Below are positions 13,861-27,515 of a stretch of DNA of 64,000 bases, in pieces. The notes beneath the pieces were generated by a model, which was not told where the DNA came from, searched no databases, and worked only from the letters and a program-made list of their open reading frames with translations. This DNA is from Octopus sinensis (lineage: Eukaryota): assembly GCF_006345805.1 (NCBI RefSeq), contig NC_043000.1, positions 92,876,001 to 92,940,000 of the forward strand, in the 5' to 3' direction. The position numbers and the translations under genes are program-made. The first letter of the stretch is position 1, and each line of letters begins with the position of its first letter.

Positions 13861-14826
13861 CACACATACATACATACATACGTACATATATATATACAGT
13901 CATACATACATACATATCTGTATGTATATATATATATACATACATAAATATATATATATATACACACACATGTTTATTTGTTTACACATACATAGACTAC
14001 ATGTACAAGCATACCCAAACACACATACACACATACATACCTTTGCACTGTCATATCCATGTTAAACAAATACATATGTGAGTGGATGAGAATGGCATTC
14101 CAGCAAATATGTGTGCATGTACGTACACACACACACATATATACCCATATATACATTCTTATTCTTACAAGTATATACTTATCGTTCACTCACTTTCTCT
14201 CTGTCACTTACTCTCTCTCTCCCTCTCTCTCTCTCGTCCCCTCTCTCTCTATGTGTCTCTCTCTGTCTCTCTCACTCACACACAGACACATACATGTCCT
14301 AACACAAACACAGACTCGTACGTAGACAAATACACCCGTTCATAAAACAGCACCTACCTGCACTCACTTACATTCATTTAAGCCCACATACAAAGACCAC
14401 CAATAAATTAACCAATTTTGAGCATCGAAGAACATCTTCACACTCAGTGGGTTGGAAAGTTATTTAGATGTAGCCCACTTCTTCTGATGTACACCATGAT
14501 AGAGCAACATAGACACACACAGGCACACAAGCAACGGGCACAAATGTAAATATATATGCGTATATATAAATATATGTGTTTGTGCATGTGAATATATATA
14601 TACCTATCTGTGTGTGTATATATGTATATGTGTGTGTATGTATAAATATACGTATATATATATATATACATGTATGTATATATATATATATGTATATATA
14701 CATATACATATACATATATACATACACATACATATACACATATGTATACCTACATGTAGCTTGTGTGCTTTTGTGTATGAATGAGTATGCATATATACTG
14801 ATCTATGTATGTATGTGTTTATATAC

Positions 14827-14859
<33 letters not shown>

Positions 14860-15560
14860 TATACACATATCTATCTATCTATCTGTCTGTCTATGTATGT
14901 ATGTATTTATATGTATGAATATATATATATGTATGTATGAATGTATGTATGTATGTATGTATGTATGTATGTATGTATGTATGTATGTATGTATGTATGT
15001 ATGTATGTATGTATGTATGTATGTATGTATGTATGCATGTATGTATGTATGTATATAAAGTAGAACTAGCAGCAGCAGTCCTGAGGCTTGCCAGCTCCCA
15101 TCAGAATGTTCAACCCATACCAGCATGGGAGACAGTCACATGATGATGATCATGATAAAGATGCATTTGTGCACATGCATATGTGCATGTGTCTATGTTT
15201 TTGTTTATATTTGTGCTCTATGAAACTTGCTACGACCAGGGTCATTCCTGTCAGCAAATTACCTGAGACATTTTTGTGCTTTTGAAGATACGTGAAGTAA
15301 GAGATCTTTTATTTGATAAAGAAGTAAGTTAACAACAGGAAAGGCCACCAGCTGTAAAAAGCAATGCCTTTGTTTGTATAACTGGCATTGAAAAATATAT
15401 CTGCAAAGGATGACTATATATGGGTGTATATATGTATAGATATGTAAGGCAGTGGGCTAGCAGACTCATTTGCACACTGGGCGAAATGCTTATACATACA
15501 TACAGACGTGCATATGTACATACATACATAAAAACAAAACATACAAATCTACACATATAC

Positions 15561-15591
<31 letters not shown>

Positions 15592-15597
15592 CATACA

Positions 15598-16580
15598 TGA
15601 TGGCCGTCCACTCGTGACCGAGGAAGACCATTGCCGACCTTCAGGAACATTGTGCACTCTAGGACTAACTTATATTTTGCATTTGCGGCTCTGTTGGTGG
15701 CTAATGAGCCCTGCTCTTGACAAGCATACATGACTGCAAACATTGCAGACCAAGCTTTCCCCATTCACTATACGAGCCGTGCGCTTTCGCGCAGCTCACT
15801 TAAGTTCTTCATGCTGGATACGTGCTCTCTCAAAAGTGTTGGTCCCCTCCTTAACCTGCTTCCTCCATCTGTGGCAATGACAGGCATTGTTCTCCCTGTC
15901 AGTGTCCTGCATATCAAAGGCTTTTAACGAGGACTTGACACAGTCCTTAAATCGCAGCCTTGATTTCTGCTGGATTCGCCTTCCATTCACAAGTTCTCCA
16001 TAGAGCATCTGCTTAGGAATCCTTCTATCCTCCATTCTAATAAGGTGTCCAGTCCAACACAACTAGTGCTTGTGTACCACCGCCTCAATACTCAAGATAT
16101 CAGCTGTCCTCAGGATCTGTGTGTCTAGAATTTTTGAGGTCCAGCCAACATTGAGAATGTGTCTGAGACATCTCTGATGAAAACGTTCAAGGACCCTTAC
16201 CTGACGTTTGTACAGAGTCCAAGTCTCACATGAGTAGAGAAGCGATGTCAGTACACAAGCACGGTACACAGCAACTTTTGTTCTCCTTGCGATGCCATGT
16301 TGGGACCAGACACGAGACTGAAGAGACCGGAAGGAATTAGTTGCTCTCTGCAACTTGAAAGATATTTCCTCATCCAGGGAGCAAGAACGGCTGAGTGTAC
16401 TGCCCAGGTAGACAAACTTGTCTACTACCTTCAGAATCGCTCCTTCAACCAAGATAGCTGGTTCTATATATGGATTTCCTGGTGCAGGCTGGAACATTAC
16501 AACAGTCCTGTCCAGGCTAATGCTGAGTCCAAATGCCCTGCAAGAAGCAGAAATGCAATTCATGAGTATTTGCATGTCAG
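15598..16580 (-). mobile_element. RTE-clade LINE, 5'-truncated (end of RT domain, thumb, C-terminal zinc finger, 3' UTR)
   Basis: ORFs 16063-16575 and 15796-16062 are in one frame: FGLSISLDRT..KFVYLGS..TKVAVYRACVLTSLLYSCETWT..FHQRCLRHIL..WTGHLIRMEDRRIPKQMLYGEL, then CNVC..GLISH. In-frame stops are present. Embedded in (TACA)n. Confidence 0.95.
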
Positions 16581-17313
16581 GTCACATACATACATACATA
16601 CATACTACATACATACATACATACATACATACATACATACATGCAGGCATACATACATAATACATACATGTATACATCCATTCATACATACATACATACA
16701 TAATACATATATACATCCATTCATACATACATACATACATCCATACATACATCCATCCATACATACATACATAATACATACATACATACATACATACATA
16801 CATACATACATACATACATACATACATACATACATACATACATGCAAAATTACCCTGTTGTTGATGTTGCAATTTCAATGAAAGAACCTTGGATCTAGGT
16901 TAAAAACCAACCCTTTCTCTATTGGCAAGAAATCTTGAAATAAAATTGAACAATGCCACATACGTACATACATACATACTACATACATACATACATACAT
17001 ACATGTATGCATGCATACATATTTACATGCACATATACACATGCACACACATATACACACACTTTCACACATACACATATGAACATATATATTTATACAT
17101 ATGTCTTTTTTACTATAGGCAAAGGCCTGACATTTTTGGGGATGAAGCTAGTTGATTACATTGACCCTAATGTGCTACTGGTACTTATTTTATTGATGCC
17201 AAAAGGATGAAAGACGAATTCGGGCTTGATGGCATTTGAACTCAAAGGGTAAAAATGTACGAAAATTCTGCTAACCATATTGCCCAAAAGTGTAATGATC
17301 ATTATTATTATTA

Positions 17314-17372
<59 letters not shown>

Positions 17373-17379
17373 GTTATTA

Positions 17380-17429
<50 letters not shown>

Positions 17430-17488
17430 GTTGTTGTTGTTGTTGTTGTTACTATTATCATTATTATTCTTATTATTATTATTATTAT

Positions 17489-17622
17489 TGAGTGAGAGAG
17501 CAGTTCATGCCATCAAAGTGACACTGGGGTAAAATATACGAAGCCCAATATACCCATCATGACTACCCGTCTGATAAAGGTACACCAGGCACATGCATCA
17601 CAACCATATGTGCGCGACATGG

Positions 17623-17624
<2 letters not shown>
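17489..17624 (-). mobile_element. short 3' fragment of the (TAA)n-targeted element
   Basis: Near-identical to 5442-5577, with (TTA)n on both sides. Confidence 0.85.
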
Positions 17625-17665
<41 letters not shown>

Positions 17666-18457
17666 GTTGTTGTTGTTGTTGTTGTTGTTACTATTATCAT
17701 TATTATTATTATTATTATTATGACAGCAAGCTAGCAGAAACATCAGTGTGCCAGGATCAATGCTTAGCAGCATTTCATCTGTCGTTATGTTCTGGGTTCA
17801 AATTCCGTCAAGGTTGACTTTGCCTTTCGTCCTTTCAGGGTCGATAAATTAAGTACCAGTTATGCACTGGGTTCGATGTAATCGATTTACTCCCTCCCAA
17901 AAAATTTCAAGTCTTGTGCCTATAGTAGAAAAGATCATCATCATCATCATCATCATCATTATTATCCTTATTATTATTACTATTATTATTATTATTCAGG
18001 CAGCAAGCTGGCAGGATCATGTTCAACCAGATACTAAGCAGTATTTCATTTATGTTTTGTGCCCAAATTTTGCCAAGTTCAACTTAGCCTTTCAGGGTCA
18101 AGAAAATAAGGACCAGTTGAGTACTGCGGTTGATATAATTGATTATCTCCACCCCACCGAACTTGCTGGCCTTGTGCCAAAATTTGAAATCATTATTTTT
18201 ATTAAAGTAGTGAGCTGGCAGAATCGTTAGCATACTGCACAAAATGCTGAGTGTCATTTTGTTTGTCTTAACATTCTGAGTTCAAATGCTGCCAAGATCA
18301 ACCTTGCCTTTTATTTTTTTGAGGTCAATGAAATAAGTACTGGCTGAACACTGGGGGTCGATGTAATCCACTAGCCCTTCCCCAAAATTTCTGGTCTTGT
18401 GCTTATATGAGAAAGGATTGCTATTATTACTCTTTTTGTTTTTATTCATAGCAGATC

Positions 18458-18572
18458 GTTCTGGGTTCAGTCCCACTGCATGGCACCTTGGGCAAGTGTC
18501 TTCTACTATAGCCTCAGGCCGACCAAAGCATTGTGAGTGGATTTGGTAGACAGAAACTGAAAGAAGCCCGTC

Positions 18573-18638
<66 letters not shown>

Positions 18639-18848
18639 TTGTGTGTCTGCGTTTGTCCCCCCAACATCGCTTGACAACCGATGCTGGTGTGTTTACGTCC
18701 CCGTAACTTAGCGGTTTGGAAAAAGAGAGCTGATAGAATAAGTACTAGGCTTACAAAGAATAAGTCCTGGGGTCAAATTGCTCGACTAAAGGCGGTGCTC
18801 CAGCATGGCCGCTGTCAACTGACTGAAGCAAGTAAAAAAGTAAGAGTA
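18458..18848 (+). mobile_element. tRNA-derived SINE, family B (internal (TA)n/(TG)n microsatellite)
   Basis: gggttcagtcccactg..gggcaagtgtcttctac..aaagaagcccgtc-(TA)n-gtcccccc..gaataagtactaggc..aagtaaaa. Many other copies occur in the window. Confidence 0.9.
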
Positions 18849-18849
18849 T

Positions 18850-19245
18850 TCTTTCTAGCTTCTTTTCTTCTCAGTTATCTATGTCACATCTCAGCCGCTA
18901 CCCACAGAGATGCCACACTTTCTTTAACACATCAGCTGTTCTAAATAATGCAGCCAATTGTTTACTTCCTATAAAGTTTGATATTTGTAGCTTTTCATGC
19001 CAGAATGTTGCTGTCTTTGAGATGGTTCCAAGTGCACCAATCACAATAGATTTCACTCTCACTTTTTGAGGCCCTATGGATGTGTTTCACTTCCAATGCT
19101 ATATATCAGTACTTCTTGGCCTTCTCATTGTCTGTCTTCCAAATATTCTGGTTTGTAAGTATAGCTGCCTCAATTCAGGTCCATTCTTTGAACTCCTTCC
19201 ATAGGAGAGTGATATCTGGTTGATTATGTTGCAGCTTCTTACCTG
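18850..19245 (-). mobile_element. decayed R4/Dong-type RLE domain fragment
   Basis: KKLQHNQPDITLL and VKSIVIGALGTI motifs on the minus strand. Confidence 0.7.
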
Positions 19246-19371
19246 TTATAGATAAAATAAGTACCTGTTGGATACTGGGGTTGATGTTTTGACTTACCAA
19301 CTCCCCTTAACTTGCTGACCTTGTGCCAAAATTTGAAATCATCATCAGCATCATCATTATTATTATTATGT

Positions 19372-19595
19372 AATGAAAACCCACAACTTATTTTGTTGAG
19401 TATGATGGAAAGTGTCAGCTGTCCACAGCCAGCAGTCTAAGGTGACACTTGTTTACTGGTCATGCTTTAAGAACCCTGTGGAGAATTCTTGTAGCTCCAA
19501 GCAATGCTGATTTTTGTATGTGTTCTACCTTCATGCTTGCACAGATCTTTTTTTGGCCATGTTGGTAGTTGAGTGCTGATACCTCCAAGTGCACC

Positions 19596-19600
<5 letters not shown>
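19372..19600 (-). mobile_element. R4/Dong-type 3' fragment
   Basis: IGALGGIS..VEHIQKSALLGATRILHRVL* on the minus strand, bounded by (TTA)n. Confidence 0.8.
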
Positions 19601-19626
<26 letters not shown>

Positions 19627-19629
<3 letters not shown>

Positions 19630-20304
19630 TAGTTTTATTTTTATAGCGTGCTTTCACTTCACTACCGAGCGCAGCTCTGTGTGCCTTGGGTATGTGCTGT
19701 GATTTGTTGTGATGCTCTGATGGTTATTGTATGGAAAGTGTTCTGCGTAGGATGTGTGCAGTGCCTAGTAGTGCAATTTTCTGTATGTTATATGTGTTTG
19801 TAAGTCCTGGTGTTTTTGTTATGTATTTGTCTGAATATCTTTTTATCATGCCTAATGCACCTACTATGATAGGAATTGTTTCTGTTTTCAGGTTCCACAT
19901 TCTAGTTACCTCTATTTCCAGGTCTTTGTATTTTGAGAGTTTCTCCATTTCTTTTAGAGACACGTTGTCATCAGCCGGTATTGATACATCAATTAGAAAG
20001 CATTTTTTTTCTTCATGATCTCTGACAACTATATCTGGTCTGTTGGCCTTAATTTCTCTATCTGTGTGTATCGGCATATCCCAGAGTATGGTTGCTTTCT
20101 CGTTTTCTGTAACCTTTTCTGGTGTGTGCCTATACCATCTTTTTTCTGTTGTTATTCCATAATGTTGGCATAGCTTCCAATGTATGTAGGTTCCAACTCT
20201 GTCATGTCTGTGAATATATTGCTTCTTAGCCAGGACTGGGCAGCTAGAGATAATATGATTTATTGTTTCTTGTCCATCTCCACATATTCTGCAGTTACTT
20301 GTAA

Positions 20305-20305
<1 letters not shown>
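19627..20305 (-). mobile_element. R4/Dong-type non-LTR retrotransposon 3' part: CCHC knuckle and restriction-like endonuclease, open frame
   Basis: CRICGDGQETINHIISSC, RHD, WD, NRPDIVV..LIDVSIP, KLSKYKDL, IVGALG, LLGTAHILRR (stop at 19724). Short 3' UTR, with (TAA)n on both sides. The poly-Ile N-terminus of the predicted ORF is microsatellite. Confidence 0.95.
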
Positions 20306-20353
<48 letters not shown>

Positions 20354-20377
20354 CATTACTATTATTATTAATATTAT

Positions 20378-20915
20378 TGAATGAGAGAGCAATGCATGCC
20401 ATCAAAGTGACACTGGGGTAAAATATACAAAGCCTCAGTATACCCATCATGACTACCTGTCTGATAAGGGTACACCTGATACATGCATCACAACTATATG
20501 TGCATGACATGGTGATCTCATATCAAGATAAACAGCACATGACCTTGAAGGAGGGGCCCAGTTAGAATGTTCTTCAGGTCGGGTAGCCCATCCCATTCAA
20601 ATGGTCCTTGAATAAGGGTTGTTTAAGGATGATGAACAAAACACATATATTTCCAGAGGCGAATTATTCAAATTCAAAAGAATTCTTCTCAACACATGGC
20701 TATGATTCTCCTCTATATCACCAGCCACTAAGGGACATGGTCAACTGGTTAAGGTCAAACAACTGCCAAGCAAATCTGTGGTATTGAGCAGACTATTTGC
20801 TGTAGCCCATCTTTTATACCAAGATAAAACAATGTACATGATAACACTTCTTATTAGTTAAAATCGGAAGCCATGAGAGCCAGTGCCTGGTACTTCATAT
20901 TATTATCATTGTTAT
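20378..20915 (-). mobile_element. (TAA)n-targeted non-coding element, longest copy
   Basis: Homologous to 5132-5577, with an internal deletion and apparently additional 5' sequence. Confidence 0.75.
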
Positions 20916-21930
20916 TATGTGGTGATGATTTTTCCACTGTCATTTTCTTTGTAGTTGCTATGGTTATTTAGCCCTGGGCTAATTCTGAGTTTATTGACCA
21001 AACACATTTCAGATGATAGGCATTTCAGCTGCGTCCTTTACATTTTTGTTTGTTTTTTTTTATTATTACTTAGGGTTATTTAAGTCTACAGTGTCCAATG
21101 TGTTCTTCCTGTTTTGCATTTTTTTGTGTGTGGTGGGGCTTTCAATGACAATAAAATTCCATGTAAGGTACATTTTGCTGCTCTATCTAGCAAGCAGAGA
21201 GACCACATGTATGCCCTGTATGCTGATACTGTATATTTTTCATAAAGATTTCTTTTTGTATTTCCGTTGTGTTTTCGGTATATAGCAAGAACCAGCTCAG
21301 CATTTAAGACTGAATAATTTTTCTGGGTTCACACTAGCCATACACAAAACGCTATAGTCCAGGTGTTAAAAAAACAACAATAACAAAAAAGAGAAAGAAA
21401 AATCTTTCTTCTGTTTTCTCTAAAACATTGAAAGTGTTTTAACAAAACAGTTCACGGATCCCTTCATGATCTCTCTAAATGATCTTTCTTAACAAGCTCT
21501 CCTACCAGCTCACCACATTATCAATGCTGATGGCAGTCAAGTCATGAGTTGCTACCAGATGTCAAGCTTTCGTCATTATCGATGCTGTCAGCCAGAAAAT
21601 ACCAGCAAAATCTATTGCCCTCTCTTCTTCAGAAACGTTTCGGCATACAAAAGAACCACAAATTTTACCAAAGTCACCTCAACCCATTGGTAGTAAGTAA
21701 AGTATATGCAATCCTTCATCCTGAAAGTAAACAAAATAAATAAATGAATATATAGAACTTTCTTTCTTCTCAGAGTTTATTTGCTGTTTGCTACAGTTTT
21801 CTGTTGTTGCTTTTGCTCTCATCTTCCTCCGTGTTATTCCTCTTTGTTGCTCCCCTTCCTCTTCTCCACCCTTTTCCTACATCTTTTCATCATTCACTTA
21901 CTATTCTTCTATTTCTTCTTCATTCTTTCT

Positions 21931-21978
<48 letters not shown>

Positions 21979-22093
21979 TGTGCGTGTGTGTGTATGTATG
22001 TATAAAATTAAAATATATATACACACACATATATATGTATGTATGCTTGTGTGTATGTATGTATTTGCATATATATATGTATGTGTGTATCAT

Positions 22094-22134
<41 letters not shown>

Positions 22135-22255
22135 ACTGTTAGGAGATGCTAGGTTTACTGAATATAATAAATTAACACTGTTGAAAAAAAACTTAACAAG
22201 TAAGGGTGAAAAAATACTTCTCAGTTTTAAAAGAAACAAATCCAATGTGTGTGTG

Positions 22256-22301
<46 letters not shown>

Positions 22302-22869
22302 TGTGTGTGTGCGTGTGTGTTACACTTAAACATTTTCTCACTTAGACAAAATTCCTAACCATAAATAAATGACTTGTGGATATTTGTAGAAAAGGGTGTG
22401 TGCTATGTTGTTTTTTTTCCGTTGTATATGTGAAGTAGTGTATATATATTCTTGGTTCATACTCTTTATATATTTGTATCTGTTTGGTTTATATGCAGAA
22501 TGTGAGGGGTACTTGGCAGCATTTAATTATCAGTATATTATTCTCTTCAAATCAATTAACAGATTTTTATTTCTTTCAGATTCCTCATGGCATATTAAAT
22601 GCTGACAAACAGAATAAAGGCCTGCAAGCATTGTTACCATATTATACACAGTGGTTTAGAAATTGCCAACTCTGTAACTGTTACAAAATTTTTCATATAC
22701 AAATTTTGGATAGAATCGGAAGCCTCTGGTGGGAATGCTTCAACTTTATCAAAGAGGAAAAACAAAATCAAATGTTCAGATACGATAAGGATATAATAAT
22801 TTGTCTAATGGAAAACGGACGTTAAACGATGATGATAATGATGATGATGATGATGATCCAAGAAAATCA

Positions 22870-23265
22870 ATGAGGGCCATCACCTAAGAACTTCAGATAT
22901 CAGGCTGGACTTTTAGAACTGTGGCACTGGAGGTAATTTAATACAAGTTGTATGTGCTGGGAAGAGGCCAATTCATATCTGCAAATACATAGGAAAGCAG
23001 TTTCATTTGTGACAAGCCGTTACTTAACAAAGTTAAAACCCCTCATGAAGATAGCAAGCTTTGGTTCTTCTCTGATGAGAAAACTTTTGCCCAAGATCAA
23101 AAGTCTAATAGGAGAAATGACAGATAGTTATGTGCAGATGGACAGATTCTTCTGATGTCTGGGGATATCAAAAGAATCGGCACATAAGCATCTGAGTTTC
23201 CAGTAACTGTGATGTGTTTAGGAGTGGTGAGTAACAAAGGCCATATAATGCTACCTCACATTCTT
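22870..23265 (+). pseudogene. decayed Tc1/mariner-superfamily (maT-like) transposase fragment
   Basis: LLNKVK..LWFFSDEKTFAQDQKSNRRNDR and FPVTVMCLGVVSNKGHIMLPH. Same family as 7270-8018. Confidence 0.85.
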
Positions 23266-23388
23266 TTATTATATATATATATATAGAAAGTAAAAGTATA
23301 AGAGTCAAAAGAAAGAGTAAGTATGGCCCTGAAATTCTATATGTATATATATGTATATATGATGATGATGATGATGATGATGGTGATC

Positions 23389-23442
<54 letters not shown>

Positions 23443-23515
23443 GCTATGTATATATTTGTATGTATCTATATATATTGTACTACATATATATATAGAATAT
23501 ATACAAATATGTATG

Positions 23516-23577
<62 letters not shown>

Positions 23578-25023
23578 TGTATGTATGTATATGTATGTAT
23601 ATGTATATGTGTGTGTACATGTGTGTGTGCGTGCATGTGTATGTGTGTGTACAGTGAGTGTTTTTCAGTTTCTGTCTACCATATCAAGACTTTGGTTGGC
23701 TTGGGACTGTAGTAAAAGACACTTGCACATGGTGTCATACAATGGGTCAGAACCCAAAACCATGTGATTAGCAAGCAAACTTCTTACTACTCAGTCAGGC
23801 CTATGTATTTTAATATGATAACAACCTCAGGCTGCTGTGTCTGGGTTTAAATGATACCCATAATGAATATAATTCTATAGTTTCTCAATATGAACCAAAT
23901 AGATATAGTAGGAATTTCACAACTACAGCGAAACACTTCTAAACCCTAGTACATGCATATTTCCTTTGTAAGCTTCAGCTAGACCTGTTTAAAGAATATA
24001 GTATTACAGATGCTTAATTATAGTAAAGAAATTGAAGAAAAAACCCATAAAACACATAAGAATATAATTGTAAATACACAATCAACTGTCACAAAAAAAT
24101 AAATGACTTCAAAAGACACTGGTGTATAGTGTTGATATTTCAGATACTGATCAACTGAAGATGATTTACATCAGCAACACTGAAAATAGACTCAAGACTC
24201 AAAAAGCACAGCCCGTTTTCTAATTTAGTCAAAATAAATATCACTACTCTACATTGCTGTCAAAGTTTATTTGGAATCTAAAGGACCATGGAGAAAACTT
24301 CTTCAATAGCTAGTATCTTCTCAAAGGCATTTACATGAAGGATGAAGTAGCAATTACAATCTGTGTTCAATAGAAAAAAAATCAACATACTGTGTCAACC
24401 AGTAAATGTTCTAAATAACCTTCCCTTTTATCCCTCACAACATCATTCAAACCCCACATTTCAGACACATCCCTATCTCAGAAGCATTTCAATTGCATCT
24501 CAGCTATCCTGTGTGGAAACCCTCTCAGTACTTAATTAAACTTCCCTCAAAACTTCCACACTAGCAAACCAGCTAGGCTCCCCAGTAACTCCAAGAAGTT
24601 CGACATTTAGGAGGGGATGATTTATCAATATCTCCCTTCTCTAACTTTTTCCTATAACTTACCATAAGCCTTTACACTTTCCTGCTTTCCATTTCCGATC
24701 TTCAATCAAAAACATCTCCATAATTTTTCTTCATAATTCTACATTTATTTTCAAATAATTGTTTCTGATTTAGGAACAAAGCCAGAAATTTTGAGGGGAG
24801 GGCCACAGTCAGTTCCATTGACTGCTCACACTCCTAGTACTCAGGTATTTTACTTTCTCAGTCCCAAAGGAATAAGGGACAAGTTTGAAAAATTGCAGGT
24901 TTTGAACTCAGAACCTAGCAATAAAAAAAAACACATTTTTATCCTTACAATTATTTTGCTTGCTTGTCTGCAATAAAACATACAACAGCTAAAGACCAAT
25001 CGTTAATATTTGTGTTCTTAATA

Positions 25024-25838
25024 AGGCAGTGAGCTGGCAGACTCATTAGCATGCCGGGCAAAATGCTTGGCGGCATTTCATTCGCTTTTACATTCTGAGT
25101 TCAAATTCCACCGAGGTTGACTTTGCCTTTCATCCTTTCAGGCTTGATAAAACAAGTACTTGTTGAGTACTGGGGTGTTGCAATTGACTAACTCACTTCC
25201 CTGGAACTGTTGGCCTTGTGCCAAATTTTGAAACTAATATATCAAGATTATAATAAACCTGGCTTGTTTTTATTTGTGTGCGTAGTAGTGAGTTCAAATT
25301 CTGCTGAGGTCGGCTTTCTGTTTTGTCCGTTCAGGGTCAATAAATACCACTTGAGTACTGGAGTAATGTAATCAACTTAGCCTCTTCCCTGAAACTGCTG
25401 GCCTTGTGCCAAAATTTGAAGCCAATATATCAAGGTTATAACCTTGGACTATTTTCATTTGTATATGTGGTTGTGAGTTCAAATTCTGCTGAGGTTGGCT
25501 TTGCCTTTTATCCTTTCGGGGTCAATAAAATAGAAATCAGTTGAACACTGGGGGTCAATGTAATTGATTTATCCCCTCCCCTGAAATTCCTAACCTTGTG
25601 CTAAAATTTTAAATCAATATTTCTGTTTCCAATGTGGTGAGTTACCAGAATCATTAGGGCATTACAAAAATGGCTTTGAGCATTTGTTCTAACACTATAT
25701 GTTCTGAGTTCAAATCCTGCCAAGGTCAACTTTGACTTTCATCTTTTCAAGGTTGATGAAATAAAGTACCAGTCAATTACTGAGGGATGGGGGGGGTGTG
25801 TAATCAATTAACCCCTCTTCTCTCAAAATTACTGGCTT
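25024..25838 (+). mobile_element. head-to-tail array of four family A SINE copies
   Basis: The gagttcaaat..ctttgcctttcatcc..ggccttgtgccaaa block recurs at about 25100, 25290, 25475 and 25705. Confidence 0.85.
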
Positions 25839-26184
25839 TTAACCTAAATTACAAGTTGTTATTGCTTGCGTCTTTGTGTTCTCTATTGCAAAAGAAATAA
25901 CTAATAATAAATGCCAAGAAAGAAGACAAAAGAGAACAAAAACAAGAAGAAGAAGGAGGAAAGAAGAAGAAGAAGGAGGAGAAGAAGAAGAAGAAGAAGA
26001 AGAAGAAGAAGAAGAAGAAGAAGAAGATGACGACAACGACGAGGACGACGATGATGATGAAGGAGAAGGAACAAAATGATAAAAAAGAGGAAGAATTAGA
26101 GTTTATAAGGATAGTAGATGGGGAGAAGGATGCACAAGGTGAGAACAGGTAAACATAAAGAAAAGGAAAAATTAGGATGACGAT

Positions 26185-26412
26185 GAGAAGTGTTGAAGGA
26201 GAAGACGAATAAGGTAAAACCAAGAAAGAAAATGAAATGAGAGAATTAAGATGATTTTTATGATAAAGAAGATGAATTAGAAGAAAGAGGAGGAAGAGAA
26301 GGAGGAGAAGAACGAAGAGGGGGAAAAGGAAGAAGAAAAAGAAGAAGAAGAAAGAAAATGAAGGAAGAGGAGGAGGGGGAGGAGGAGAGGGAGGAGAAGA
26401 AGAAGAAGAAGA

Positions 26413-26465
<53 letters not shown>

Positions 26466-27263
26466 AAGAAGAGAAGAAGAAGAAGAAGAAGACCAGTGGT
26501 GCTAAAGGTGGTAGGCAGGAAAAATTGAAAGAGGAGAAATGGGCACACATGCACACACACACACATCACATACACACATACTGATTTATATATATATATA
26601 TATATATATATACATACACATAGACATTCATGCGCACACACAAATATGTACATATATACTAATATGCATAGAAATATATATACATGTATATATGTCTATA
26701 TGTATTGGCACACACACACACACACACACATATCACATACACACATACGTACCCATCATCTACTCACCTTGAGAATGTCATTAGCATAGATGAACAAGAT
26801 GGAACAGCCAAGTCATAACAAATGGCATATACCCTACCACTGCACCCCTAACTCTTACATCTATCCGGTGCTGGTGCCGGTGCCGTGGATAGTCACAGTA
26901 GAATTATTCCTCATTTACTTTCTTCCCTTTCTTTCTCTTTGCTTTCTTTCTTTGTTTTTTTTTTTAATTTTTTTACTCGTTTATTGTTTTTGCTTGTTTT
27001 AATTATTCTTGGTTGCTTTGTTTGTTTTTTACTGCTTCTTCTTTGGCCTTTTTTTATATTTATTCTTCTGTCATGTTTATTCACATTCTTTCTTTCTTTT
27101 CATCTTCATTTACTTTCTTTCTACTTTTCCTTCCTCTCCTCACCCCACTTCCTCTTTTTGTATGTTTTTTTATTGTCCTTCTTAAATTCTGCCTATCACT
27201 ACCCTCTCCATTTCTCCTCTTTCAATTTTTTCTGCCTACCACCATTAGTATCACTGGTCTTCT

Positions 27264-27295
<32 letters not shown>

Positions 27296-27515
27296 TTCTT
27301 CTTCTTCTTCTTCTTTTGCCCCCCTCCTCCTCCTTTCCTCCTCCTCCTTCATTTTCTTTCTTCTTCTTCTTCTTCTTCTTCTTCTTCACCTCCTCCTCCT
27401 TCTCTTCCTCCTCTTTCTTCTAATTCATCTTCTTTATCATAAAAATCATCTTAATTTTCTCATTTCGTTTTCTTTCTTGGTTTTGCCTTATTCATCTTCT
27501 CCTTCAACACTTCTC
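26185..27515. repeat. inverted duplication of a purine-rich segment (arms 26185-26542 and 27208-27515)
   Basis: Non-microsatellite blocks match as reverse complements, e.g. aattaagatgatttttatgataaagaagatgaattag versus ctaattcatcttctttatcataaaaatcatcttaatt. Confidence 0.9.

Noticed and set aside
21480-21700. Complex segment with gaaacgtttc palindrome and short ORFs
   Set aside because: No CUGANGA in register, and no recognisable protein or convincing splice pair.
22484-22825. ORF following a tttctttcag acceptor-like site
   Set aside because: No recognisable domain, no clear donor, and it ends in a repeat tail.
23072-23085. CTGATGAG as a hammerhead core
   Set aside because: It is the SDE codons of the transposase FSDEK motif, and no stems form.
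24156-24182. ctgaaga-tgat ttac atca-gcaac
   Set aside because: Stem II is good, but it has GCAA instead of GAAA and no stem I or cleavage triplet.
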